64,000 bases of DNA from Candidatus Latescibacterota bacterium (GTDB lineage Bacteria; Latescibacterota; UBA2968; UBA8231), in assembly GCA_965261395.1 (NCBI GenBank), contig OZ253462.1, forward strand, positions 6,240,001 to 6,304,000, read 5' to 3'. The notes under the pieces are model-generated. The model worked only from the letters and a program-made list of their open reading frames with translations. It was not told where the DNA came from and did no database searches. The translations under genes and the position numbers were made by a program. Of the stretch, positions 48,186-58,072 are shown in pieces. Position 1 is the first letter of the stretch. Every line of letters begins with the position of its first letter.

Positions 48186-51100
48186 TTAGGAACGTTTGAT
48201 ACCCAACTTGCTCATTTTGCTGTACAGCGTAGAAGATGGCACTCCCAGCAGAGCCGCCGCGCCTTGTGCCCCCTTGACCTGCCAGTTGGTGGCGGTGAGC
48301 ACTTCGAGAATATAGCGGCGTTCAAATTCAAGTAGAGGTACTATTTCGTGTTGAGGAACGGATGAAGCCTGTCCTTTAAGGCCGAGAACGGCGTTTATAA
48401 TATCAAAACCGTACTGCATGAGATCGGCCACTTCGATTTGCGACCCCTTGCACGCTATGACTACCCGCTGTATAAAATGCTCCAATTCCCGCACATTCCC
48501 TGGCCAATCATAAGCGTGCAGTATCTCCATAACCTCGGAACTCAAGGAGACGGGTTGCCTGCCCAAGTATGCTGCCACGCGATTCTTGCAAAACTCGACT
48601 AGGGCCGGTATATCCTCCTTGTGCTCGCGCAGGGGTGGGATGTAAAGCGGAAAAATTTGCAGGCGCAAATACAGATCCTCGCGAAAGTCACCGGTCTGTA
48701 CCATCTCCTTTAGGTCGCGACTGGTCGCGACCACCATGCGCGTTTGCGCTCTCAGCGTCTGGTTGCCGCCAACGCGCTCAAACGCGCGCGCTTCTAATAA
48801 GCGCAAGACCTTGTCCTGCATCTCCAAGGTCATCTCGCCGATTTCATCCAAAAACAGGGTGCCGTCTTTGGCCTGTTCCACCTTGCCTACTTCGCTGGTG
48901 GAAGGCTCGTCTTCGCGACCCAAGAGTTCTCTATCGCCCAACTCTTGGGACAAGGCCCCGCAGTTGACGTGTATAAAGGGGCCCTTGCTATAGGCACTCA
49001 ACGCGTGTAGTGCCCGCGCCGCCAACCCCTTACCCACACCCGTTTCGCCTAGCAGTAGTACGGCGAGATCGGAGGGTGCCACCTCCGTGAGTTTGGTTTG
49101 AAACTGACGCAAGGCCTCGCTCTGGCCGATCAGCACGGTCAGATCGGAGGGTGCCACCTCCGTGAGTTTGGTTTGAAACTGGCGCAGGGCCTCGCTCTGG
49201 CCGACAACTTTTTTGCCTCTATTGAGTGAGGCCGATAGGGTCTCGATATGCGCGTCTGGTTTTACCGCAAGCTGCGTCTGCGCCGTTTCTGAGTAATTGA
49301 GATCTCGATCTATCGCTCGGACTTGAAAGGTGTAGTCTCCCGGCGGCAGGTTTTGATAACAGGCCTGTAGCTCCCGAGTCGCGGGACCCCAGTCGGCGTC
49401 GTAGCCCTGCAAGCGGTACACATAGAGCATATCGCGGGGATGGGTGGAAAAACTTAGGCCCTTGTACTCGAAGACCACCGGCTGTCCCACCGTGGACAGG
49501 CAGACGTCCTCTGCGTTCCCATAGACCTGATCGGTGGTAACCCGGATGAGACGAATCAGGGGCGGCGTTTGCCGGGGTCGGTAGCGTATAATGGAACCCG
49601 CGACCGTGCCAAACCAGAAGGTTCCATCGCGATCTTCGAGTATTCGACAAACCGGTCCTATATGGGGTGACTTGATAGTCTGGAAAAGCCGACCATCGTA
49701 CTGAGCCACCGCCCTGTCGGTACCGATCCAGAGGTGTCCTCGCGCATCCTCAAACAAACAGTGGGTGCGGTTGCTCGGCAGACCGTCTTCGGTGGTGAAG
49801 GTGCGGAAGGTGCTGCCATCAAAGTGACTGAGACCGTTCGCAGTGGCGATCCACAGGTTCTCATCGCGGTCTAATAGCAGGTCGGTGATGTTGTTGTCTA
49901 GCAGCCCGTCTGCAATCCCATAAAATGTAAGGCCCTCTTTGGGATGCCAGCGAGCCAAGCCTGGGCCGCTATCTAGGCTATCGCTACTAGTCAAATGGAA
50001 ATAGATTTCGTTATTGCGCGTGGCAATCACCCTGCCAATGCGGCTGTACGGTATTTTTTTGTCATCCTCCACAAAAATGGTTTGGAGCTGCTTGCCCCGC
50101 TGGTAAACGATCTTTAGTGGGCTAGTATAAAGTCCGCTTATTGACTTATGGTCGTTTTCCCAATAGCCGAAAAGGAATTGTCCTTCCCGGTCTTGGGCGA
50201 TTGCGCTGACAGTTTTTCCGCTTAAGCATGCGATTGGTTCTCTTTTCTTTAGTCTCTGTCCGTCGTAGCGGAACAGGCCCCTGTAACCGCCAAACCACAG
50301 GTCCCCGTCAAGGTCCTCGTAGATGGCGAAACAGTTGCTGATGTCGTTGCCATGCTCGATCTCTACAAATACAAAGTGCTCGCCTTCGAGGCGGCCGACG
50401 CTTTTTGGGTCGGGTTGGAGATTGAGAGACGCATACCCTATCCATATATCGCCTTGCCGGTCTTGCACTATCTGTGAGACCTCGCCCGTGTTTTCGGGGC
50501 GCTTCGCACCGAAGTCGAAAACGCTGATACTATGCGCATCGTAAACCCCGACACCGCCCCACGTGGCGAACCAAAATCGATCCTCGCGATCGCGGAACAC
50601 GGCTTTGACTATGGGATGGGGCAGGCCATCGGTAGGCGCAAACCTGCTGAAGCCGTCACCGTCCTGGTAGAGCACCCCTTGCGAGGTGCAGAACCACGCC
50701 CGTCCCTCCCGGTCGCATTGAATCTTGCGGAGGCCGCCAACCAGATCTACCTGAATAGACTGAAAGGCACCATTCGCATAGCAGTAGAGTGTGTCTCGAT
50801 TGCGCGGCAGACCAATCCACACCTTGCCGGTATGATCCTGTCCCAAGACGTAGCTGATGTGGGCTTGGGGAAAACCATCTTCCTCTTCATAGCGGTGGAA
50901 GGACTCGCCGTCGAAGCGGATGAGATAGTCAAATCCAAACCACAGATGGCCGGCGGGATCTTGGGCAATGCCCCGACATTGGTTGGGCCACTGAGGCGAA
51001 GGAGGCTGCTGGTAGTGCTGCAGGTAGAGCGGGATCAAGTCGTGGAAAGCCGTGCCGTCGTAATATCCCAAGGTACCCTCGCCACCACACCATATACGGC

Positions 51101-51446
51101 CCCGCCGGTCTTCATAGAGAAATTCCACGCAGCGGCCTAAAATGCCGTCGTCCTCCAAATGGTGGAAGGAGGTGCCATCGTACCAACAGACGCCATTAAT
51201 CGTGGCAAACCACAACCGCTCCTGACGGTCTCTATGAATGAAAAAAACCTGGTTACTACAAAGACCGTCCTGTTGGGTAAACGTGTAGAACTCGTCCCCG
51301 TCAAAGCGGCTGGCCCCGTTGTCCCGCGTGGCGAACCAGATATACCCCGCGCTATCCTCGGCGATGTGTTCAATGCGCAGCGATGGCAGGCCCTCGTCTA
51401 TGGAATAGGTCTTCCAGGTACCCATGCGGCTAAGTGGCTTGGTCAT
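48186..51446 (-). CDS. Reg_prop beta-propeller/Y_Y_Y sensor fused to sigma54-activator-type AAA+ and Fis-HTH, GAFTGA motif absent
   Basis: DGL.SN..I.ED..G.LW repeats; YVYRLQGYD..YQNLPPGDYTFQV; GETGVGK; FLDEIGE; WPGNVREL; AAALLG..STLYSK. Confidence 0.88.
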   Translation of the reverse strand: MTKPLSRMGTWKTYSIDEGLPSLRIEHIAEDSAGYIWFATRDNGASRFDGDEFYTFTQQDGLCSNQVFFIHRDRQERLWFATINGVCWYDGTSFHHLEDDGILGRCVEFLYEDRRGRIWCGGEGTLGYYDGTAFHDLIPLYLQHYQQPPSPQWPNQCRGIAQDPAGHLWFGFDYLIRFDGESFHRYEEEDGFPQAHISYVLGQDHTGKVWIGLPRNRDTLYCYANGAFQSIQVDLVGGLRKIQCDREGRAWFCTSQGVLYQDGDGFSRFAPTDGLPHPIVKAVFRDREDRFWFATWGGVGVYDAHSISVFDFGAKRPENTGEVSQIVQDRQGDIWIGYASLNLQPDPKSVGRLEGEHFVFVEIEHGNDISNCFAIYEDLDGDLWFGGYRGLFRYDGQRLKKREPIACLSGKTVSAIAQDREGQFLFGYWENDHKSISGLYTSPLKIVYQRGKQLQTIFVEDDKKIPYSRIGRVIATRNNEIYFHLTSSDSLDSGPGLARWHPKEGLTFYGIADGLLDNNITDLLLDRDENLWIATANGLSHFDGSTFRTFTTEDGLPSNRTHCLFEDARGHLWIGTDRAVAQYDGRLFQTIKSPHIGPVCRILEDRDGTFWFGTVAGSIIRYRPRQTPPLIRLIRVTTDQVYGNAEDVCLSTVGQPVVFEYKGLSFSTHPRDMLYVYRLQGYDADWGPATRELQACYQNLPPGDYTFQVRAIDRDLNYSETAQTQLAVKPDAHIETLSASLNRGKKVVGQSEALRQFQTKLTEVAPSDLTVLIGQSEALRQFQTKLTEVAPSDLAVLLLGETGVGKGLAARALHALSAYSKGPFIHVNCGALSQELGDRELLGREDEPSTSEVGKVEQAKDGTLFLDEIGEMTLEMQDKVLRLLEARAFERVGGNQTLRAQTRMVVATSRDLKEMVQTGDFREDLYLRLQIFPLYIPPLREHKEDIPALVEFCKNRVAAYLGRQPVSLSSEVMEILHAYDWPGNVRELEHFIQRVVIACKGSQIEVADLMQYGFDIINAVLGLKGQASSVPQHEIVPLLEFERRYILEVLTATNWQVKGAQGAAALLGVPSSTLYSKMSKLGIKRS

Positions 51447-51736
51447 TAGAAAATACCCTTGTCACGCCCTGTGGGCGCGGTGAATCCGCTTCGATACTCG
51501 AAAAATAATCCTACCCACGCAGATATTCAACCATACTCCCGATGGGCGTTTTGAAACCAGCTTTAGGGACGACGGTGTCTAGTGCTCGAAAAACGCTCGA
51601 CGCTAGGGCAACTTGGCAGCCTACAAAGCGGCTCGATATGGGTTTTGGATTGCTTCTTACAACGACCTGAGTCTTAAGAAAGAATTAAAATGTAAAATGT
51701 AATATAGAGTAAAAAATATATGACACGTTTATCTGT

Positions 51737-51786
51737 CTTTATTTAGGGGCGATATACCGTCCTTTATTTAGGGGCGATATACCGTC
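51737..51786. repeat. 25-bp perfect tandem direct repeat
   Basis: ctttatttaggggcgatataccgtc occurs twice. Confidence 0.85.
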
Positions 51787-51827
51787 CAATATTTTGCCTA
51801 AAAGTACCCTGTATTAAAGAGATAAAT

Positions 51828-51843
51828 TGGTATAAATATTGCA
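51828..51843 (+). promoter_or_regulatory. Putative sigma54 -24/-12 promoter
   Basis: TGGTATAAATATTGCA has GG-N10-GC spacing and is divergent from the activator gene. Confidence 0.6.
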
Positions 51844-51988
51844 GAGTACATTACGCGATAAAATGATATTGCAAATGCTCAAATATTCGTAAGGTCAATT
51901 GCGTAACAAATTGTAATATTTGTTATTGACTTCTTTTGAGTAGGAACTTATCTCTAAAAGAATCCACGACCCTCCCTACTCTTCATTC

Positions 51989-52067
51989 CGCCCCGTGGCC
52001 AGCGGCACTTACCTGTATCGGCTGGTGACGGACGAGTCGTCTTAACGCGCAAGCTCACCCTGCTGCG
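51989..52067 (+). pseudogene. 3' remnant of a FlgD/CTD-tailed gene
   Basis: Encodes RPVASGTYLYRLVTDE/..TRKLTLLR with a 1-nt deletion; matches the ends of the 39872 and 55212 genes. Confidence 0.8.
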
Positions 52068-52124
52068 TCGATTGGAGCGGTGCACCAAGATTTGCTACCA
52101 CGACAGTTCAAAGGAGATGACGCT

Positions 52125-54737
52125 ATGAAAGCAGCAATTGGATGTCTCGTCGGATTAGTTTTTGGAATCTCGGCGTCGGCGGAGCCGCTGCTTGAGGGTC
52201 GGGTGCGACTGGAATCTGGACAACCCGTCGCCGACGCGCAGGTGCAGCTATTCGATTTGACCGACCTGCGGCGGGGAGCCATTGCCCGCGCCATGACCGA
52301 TGGCACGGGGTATTTCGCGCTGCCGTTAGCGGCCTTGGGGGGGCGGGCGCTGCCGGCGCGGTTCGCGTTGGGGCCGAATTATCCCAATCCATTTAATCCC
52401 TCGACGATCATTCCCTATCAACTGGCGGCTTCGTCCCAAGTGCGACTGGAGGTGTTCAACCTGCTCGGGCAGCGCATAGCGACGTTAGTGGATGAGGCGC
52501 GACCGGCGGGCTTTCACACGGCGACGTGGCACGCGACGGATAGGGCGGGTCGGGCGGTAGCAGCGGGGGTGTATATCTACCGGATGACGGTAGGCGAGGA
52601 GCGCCAGACGGGGCGGATGGTGCTTATCGACGGGCAGGCCGGGATTCCGGCGGCGGGGGCCGCAGGGCCGATGCCGATGCAGGCGTCCGCTTTGGAGCGA
52701 GTGGAAGCGGATGCAGGCGTCTATGGGTTGACTGTTTCGGGCGAGGGCTTGGTCGCGTATGTGAACCCGGCTTTTCGGGTGGGGGTTGATGAGGCGGATA
52801 TCGTGGTTGAAGAACACAGCGGCAGGGCGCGGATGAAGCTGGCGGCAGGCGGGATTTTGGGGGATGTGAACAACGATGGGCAAGTCGATGCCTCTGACGC
52901 GCTGTATATATCGCTGTATAGCAGGAATCCGTCTGTTATTCTCCCCAACAACGGTGACATTTCCCTCGGCGATGTAAACGGTGATGGCAGGGTCGATGGA
53001 GCCGACGTCGTGCTGTTGGTCCGCTATCTTGCTGATCCGTCCGATCCGGCGTTGCCGTCAGGGATCGGCGAGCCGGTGGGTGCGACCACGACCACCGCTT
53101 CGCAAGTGTGGAAGATGTACTGGACGGATTGGGACACGGAGAAGATCCAGCGTTCCAACCTCGACGGCAGCGGTGTGGAAGACCTCGTCACCACCGGATT
53201 GAGGAGCCCAAGCGGCCTCGCGTTGGATGTGTCCGGCGGCAAGATGTACTGGACGGATGCGAACGCGCGCAAGATTCAGCGTTCCAACCTCGATGGCCGC
53301 GGCGTAGAAGATCTCGTCACCAGAGGATTGGGGTTTCCAATCGGCATCGCGTTGGATGTGTCCGGCGGCAAGATGTACTGGACGGATGGGCGCTCGCTTC
53401 GAGGAGGCGACGGCGAGATCCGGCGTTCCAACCTCGATGGCCGCGGCCGCGAAGATCTCGTCACCAGAAGATTGGATTGGCCATACCGCATCGCGTTGGA
53501 TGTGTCCGGCGGCAAGATGTACTGGACGGATAGGAAGAGGCAGAAGATCCAGCGATCCAACCTCGACGGCAGCGGTGTAGAAGATCTCGTCACCAGAGGA
53601 TTGATGAGCCCAGGCGGCATCGCGTTGGATGTGTCCGGCGGCAAGGTGTACTGGACGGATTCGGGCACGCAGAATATCCAGAATTCGGGCACGCAGAATA
53701 TCCGGCGTTCTAACCTCGACGGCAGCGGTCTGGAAGACCTCGTCACCAGAGGATTGAGGAGCCCACTTGGCATCGCGTTGGATGTGCCCAGTGGCAAGGT
53801 GTACTGGACGGATTCGGGCACGGCAAAGATCCAGCGATCCAACCTCGACGGCAGCGGTGTAGAAGATCTCGTCACCAGAGGATTGATGAGCCCAGGCGGC
53901 ATCGCGTTGGGTCTTGTGCCCGTCGAGGCCGGTACGGATTTGGCGGTGGAGGCATCGGTCCGCGATACCCGCCTGACACCGGGACAATCGTTCAGGCTGT
54001 CGGTGACGGTGCGGAACCGAGGGGCCGAGCAAGCCGCGGCCACGACGCTGCACTACTACCGTTCGGACGACGCGACGATTTCCACCCAGGATACCCGGGT
54101 AGGTACCGATCCGGTGGGTGCCCTGGCCGCTTCCGGCTCCAGTGAGGAGTCAATCAGCCTGACGGCCCCCTTGAGTGAAGGCACCTACTACTACGGGGCT
54201 TGCGTCGAGAGCGTCAGCGGCGAGAGCAACACTGACAACAACTGCTCCAGTGCGGTAACCGTCACCACAGAAAGAGTATACACAAGGTCAAGGTCCTTTC
54301 GTGCTAATTTCAGTTATGATCCTATCATTGAATCCCTTGGTTATCGGATCACGTCAGAAGACATTGACGATGGTTTGTTAGGTTTGTCAGATGTTGACGT
54401 GGGAATACAATACGAGCCTTCTTTTTCTACTCTTGGGACGAGACATGTAAAAAAAGTGACATTTAGCTACAACCTAAGAGTAAGCCCAACAATACCTTTA
54501 AATACTACACTACGGGCTACAATTGTTTATGAGATCCTCCTAAAGGACGCTTCTTTTACGAATCGTGTTGTGGCAACTTATACTGTTTCATTAGTGGTTG
54601 TTGTTGGTAACGATGGCAGCAGTAGTGCCAAGGTAATCGCAGGAGACGCGGAGTCGTCGGAGCCGGTCCGCAGGCAGGAGAGTCTGTCCCCGTCATCCAC
54701 ACTGATCAACCGAAAACAATCGCTCGAACAACCCTAA
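52125..54737 (+). CDS. Secreted protein: N-terminal FlgD-Ig, dockerin-like, YWTD propeller, CARDB-like, variable tail
   Basis: NYPNPFN near the N-terminus; [10 protein letters not shown]-type motif twice; six YWTD..RSNLDG repeats; [13 protein letters not shown]. Confidence 0.85.
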   Translation: MKAAIGCLVGLVFGISASAEPLLEGRVRLESGQPVADAQVQLFDLTDLRRGAIARAMTDGTGYFALPLAALGGRALPARFALGPNYPNPFNPSTIIPYQLAASSQVRLEVFNLLGQRIATLVDEARPAGFHTATWHATDRAGRAVAAGVYIYRMTVGEERQTGRMVLIDGQAGIPAAGAAGPMPMQASALERVEADAGVYGLTVSGEGLVAYVNPAFRVGVDEADIVVEEHSGRARMKLAAGGILGDVNNDGQVDASDALYISLYSRNPSVILPNNGDISLGDVNGDGRVDGADVVLLVRYLADPSDPALPSGIGEPVGATTTTASQVWKMYWTDWDTEKIQRSNLDGSGVEDLVTTGLRSPSGLALDVSGGKMYWTDANARKIQRSNLDGRGVEDLVTRGLGFPIGIALDVSGGKMYWTDGRSLRGGDGEIRRSNLDGRGREDLVTRRLDWPYRIALDVSGGKMYWTDRKRQKIQRSNLDGSGVEDLVTRGLMSPGGIALDVSGGKVYWTDSGTQNIQNSGTQNIRRSNLDGSGLEDLVTRGLRSPLGIALDVPSGKVYWTDSGTAKIQRSNLDGSGVEDLVTRGLMSPGGIALGLVPVEAGTDLAVEASVRDTRLTPGQSFRLSVTVRNRGAEQAAATTLHYYRSDDATISTQDTRVGTDPVGALAASGSSEESISLTAPLSEGTYYYGACVESVSGESNTDNNCSSAVTVTTERVYTRSRSFRANFSYDPIIESLGYRITSEDIDDGLLGLSDVDVGIQYEPSFSTLGTRHVKKVTFSYNLRVSPTIPLNTTLRATIVYEILLKDASFTNRVVATYTVSLVVVVGNDGSSSAKVIAGDAESSEPVRRQESLSPSSTLINRKQSLEQP

Positions 54738-54753
54738 AACGGAGATGATATCT

Positions 54754-55212
54754 ATGAAGTCCTGTATCGGCATTTTCATCGGCCTGCTGCTGAGCGTTAG
54801 CGTCAGCGCAGAATCGCTCCCTGAAGGTCGGGTGCGGCTGGAATCTGGACAACCCGTCGCCGACGCGCAGGTACAGCTATTCGATTTGACCAACCTACGG
54901 CAGGGAGCCATTGCCCGCGCGATGACCGATGGCACGGGGTATTTCGCCCTGCCGTTAGCCGCGCCGACGGGACGGGCGCTGCCGGTGCGGTTCGCGTTGG
55001 GGCCGAATTATCCCAACCCGTTCAATCCGTCCACGATTATTCCTTACCAGCTACCGACCGCTACCCATGTGCGCTTGGAGGTGTTTAACCTCCTGGGACA
55101 GCGCATAGCGACGTTAGTGGATGGGACGCGACCGGCGGGCTTTCACGCTCCACCCATGCGGCGACCACCGGCGCGCTTCTCCGCGGGCGGCGGCCGAAGA
55201 AAGGAACATTGA
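54754..55212 (+). pseudogene. Truncated paralog of the 52125 N-terminus
   Basis: Same [16 protein letters not shown] sequence; homology ends after PAGFH, inside the FlgD-like domain. Confidence 0.65.
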
Positions 55213-57881
55213 TGAAACGGCATTGCCTCACATCGTACCCCTTTTTCGCGTTAATCGGCTTCATTCTTTCGCCGCTGGCGGTGGCCCATGCGTCGTCCCC
55301 GCCGGCCGATAGAGTGCCTTTATGCCCACCGTTCGATTACGAGCAGCAGGAGCGCGGTCACCCCCGCCCTGCCGGCAAGCGGCTGGCGGGTCTGAACGTC
55401 GGCGAACCGCGCACGGTGCGGCTCATCTACTTTCTCCCGAATGATCGCACGCCCCAGCAAGACATAGACGCAACGATGGATGAGTTGATAAAAAACGTAC
55501 AGCTATCGTACGAGGAGGTGATGGAATACCACGGGTTCGGCAGAAGAACCTTTACATTAGAAACCGATGCAACCGGTAAGGCTGTGGTGCATCATGTGAA
55601 GGGGAAGTTCAACGATGAGTATTATCATACGGACACTTTCCGCAAAGTCATCGACGAAGAAACGGCTGAACAGTTTGACCTGTCAGCGAATATCTACCTC
55701 GTCGTGCTAGATGTAAGTAACGCAGTCATCGACGGCTATTGCGGGCAAGGCACATCTTTTGGCCCCGAAGGTGGAGCGACGCTCATACCCGCTCCCAACA
55801 GTGCCCGCCAACGCGAACGCGGCTGGAGTTGTTTCAATGTTGCCGTTGCTGCCCATGAACTCGGACACGCCTTTGGATTGGCGCACGATCACTTCAGAAA
55901 TGCCACGCGCAGTCCGTCTTCATATCACACCGACTGGATGGTTACATCGTTCTGTGCTGCCGAATGGTTGGATGCTCATCGCTACTTCAACAGGGGCCAA
56001 ACCTATCCGCAAGCAGACGAACCAACCACAATTCAGATGCTTCCACCGCTCGCAGTTCCACCGAACGCTATCCGCCTCCGCTTTGAGGTAACCGATCCAG
56101 ATGGACTCCATCAAGCGCAGTTGCATAACAGCACTGGTGAGGCCATTGATTGTCAAGGGTTAGACTTAGACGGCGAAAGTGCCTCCGTTGAATTTGTCAC
56201 GCCTGAAGCAACAGAAGGGGTGACGCTCCGGGTTGTCGATGTGTATGGAAATGTCACAGAGCAATGGCAGCCAATCGATATTACGGCGCTGCTTCCCCCC
56301 GAAGTCGTGTCGATACCCGATGCGAATTTAGCCGCAGTGGTGCGGGAAGCTCTCGACCTGACACCGGGAGATGCCATCAGCCAACTGGATATGTTAAGAT
56401 TGGGGGGGCTTGAAGCCAACGGTCGCCAGATAACAGACCTTACCGGTCTTGAGTATGCAGTTAATCTAAAGGGGTTGCTCCTTGGCGATAATCAGATTAG
56501 CGACATCACACCCCTAGCGGAATCAACCATCATAGAGGGGTTGGAGCTTTACAACAACAACATCTCGGATATCTCATCGCTGGCAGCGATGACCAATCTG
56601 TCAGGTTTGAATCTCGACGGCAACTCGGTATCGGATTTGTCGCCCCTAACAGAGTTAATCAACCTGCAGAACTTGTTGCTTTGGGAAAACTCGGTATCGG
56701 ATATCTCGCCCTTGGCGGGGTTGACCCACCTGCAGAACTTGGCGCTTGGGGGCAACTCGGTATCGGATATTTCGCCCCTGGTAGGGTTGACCCACCTAGG
56801 AGGGCTAGATCTCTGGGACAACCCTCTCAGCTACACCTCCATCAACACACACATCCCCGCTCTCCAGAGGCGAGGGGTAACCATACATTTCGACGTACAT
56901 ATTCCCCATAGCCTGACGAAGGTCTCCGGCGATAGCCAAGAAGGACCAGCCAGCACACAACTAGACGAGCCTTTTGTCATTTCAGTGTTGGATCAAGACG
57001 GCTCACCCCTTGCCGGGGTGGTCGTCTCCTTTTCGGTGACTGCTGGCGGGGGAACACTGTCGTCCACCACCGATACCAACCCTTGTACTATTGAGTCATC
57101 TACGTCGTCCACCACGGCTACCACCGATGCCAACGGCCAAGCCGCGACTCGGCTGACGCTGGGCAGCGACGCGGGGACGAACACGGTTTCGGCCACCGTG
57201 GAGGGGCTTGAACCCGAGACCTTTACCGCTACCGCTGCCGAGCAAGCAATGCCCCATAGCCTGACGAAGGTCTGCGGCGATGACCAAGAGGGCACGGCTG
57301 GTGCACAACTGGACGAGCCGTTTGTGGTTTCAGTGGTAGATGAGGATGGTGCGGCGATGGCCGGGGTGGCCGTATCGTTTTCGGTGACCGCTGGTGGGGG
57401 AACGCTGTCTGCTGCCACCGCCACCACCGATGCCACCGGCCGCGCTGCTACCAGACTGACGCTAGGTAGCGATCCGGGGACGAACACGGTTTCGGCCACC
57501 GTGGAGGGGCTGGAGTCGGTGACCTTTACCGCTACCGGGCAAGAGTCGCCCTTCGCTAGTATGTTCGACCTTTTTGGGGGTGGCAAGCGGGTGGCCTTGC
57601 CCGATAGCCCGCAGTTGGCGCAAAATGCGCCCAATCCCTTCAACAGCCAGACGGTTTTTGCCTATTTCTTGCCAGCCCCTGGTCCAGCGCACTTAGAAGT
57701 GTTCACATTGACCGGTCAACGGGTGGCGGTCTTACACCAGGGGCTGCAGCAGGCCGGCTACCACCGCCTCCATTGGGACGGTCGAGACGACGCAGGTCGC
57801 CCCGTGGCTAGCGGCATGTACCTATACAGGCTGGTAACTAATGAAGTCGTGTTGACGCGCAAGCTCACCCTACTGCGTTGA
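55212..57881 (+). CDS. Secreted metzincin-like protein with internalin-type LRR, Big_1 domains and FlgD/CTD-like tail
   Basis: [12 protein letters not shown]; IPDANL cap and [14 protein letters not shown] repeats; Big_1 repeats; PNPFN..RKLTLLR. Confidence 0.88.
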   Translation: MKRHCLTSYPFFALIGFILSPLAVAHASSPPADRVPLCPPFDYEQQERGHPRPAGKRLAGLNVGEPRTVRLIYFLPNDRTPQQDIDATMDELIKNVQLSYEEVMEYHGFGRRTFTLETDATGKAVVHHVKGKFNDEYYHTDTFRKVIDEETAEQFDLSANIYLVVLDVSNAVIDGYCGQGTSFGPEGGATLIPAPNSARQRERGWSCFNVAVAAHELGHAFGLAHDHFRNATRSPSSYHTDWMVTSFCAAEWLDAHRYFNRGQTYPQADEPTTIQMLPPLAVPPNAIRLRFEVTDPDGLHQAQLHNSTGEAIDCQGLDLDGESASVEFVTPEATEGVTLRVVDVYGNVTEQWQPIDITALLPPEVVSIPDANLAAVVREALDLTPGDAISQLDMLRLGGLEANGRQITDLTGLEYAVNLKGLLLGDNQISDITPLAESTIIEGLELYNNNISDISSLAAMTNLSGLNLDGNSVSDLSPLTELINLQNLLLWENSVSDISPLAGLTHLQNLALGGNSVSDISPLVGLTHLGGLDLWDNPLSYTSINTHIPALQRRGVTIHFDVHIPHSLTKVSGDSQEGPASTQLDEPFVISVLDQDGSPLAGVVVSFSVTAGGGTLSSTTDTNPCTIESSTSSTTATTDANGQAATRLTLGSDAGTNTVSATVEGLEPETFTATAAEQAMPHSLTKVCGDDQEGTAGAQLDEPFVVSVVDEDGAAMAGVAVSFSVTAGGGTLSAATATTDATGRAATRLTLGSDPGTNTVSATVEGLESVTFTATGQESPFASMFDLFGGGKRVALPDSPQLAQNAPNPFNSQTVFAYFLPAPGPAHLEVFTLTGQRVAVLHQGLQQAGYHRLHWDGRDDAGRPVASGMYLYRLVTNEVVLTRKLTLLR

Positions 57882-57903
57882 TCGTACCGTGCGGAACAGC
57901 TCT

Positions 57904-58056
57904 CAATTGTTTGCTGAGCGCTTTGGATAGGTAGCCTCGATCGGCCACCAGCTTGCCAAATAGCTGTTGAACCAAAGCGGGTACGGGTTTTCGGTCATCG
58001 ACATTGCCCGGCGTCAGCGCCAGATTGAGCAGTTGTCCTTGGTCATTGAAGACTAC
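57904..58056 (-). mobile_element. IS982-family transposase fragment
   Basis: [37 protein letters not shown] resembles the IS982 DDE core; no element ends visible. Confidence 0.75.
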
Positions 58057-58072
58057 GTAAGGAGATGACGCT

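Noticed and set aside
53659-53703. 21-nt in-frame duplication (SGTQNI twice)
   Set aside because: Ordinary slippage in a loop; no wider significance evident.
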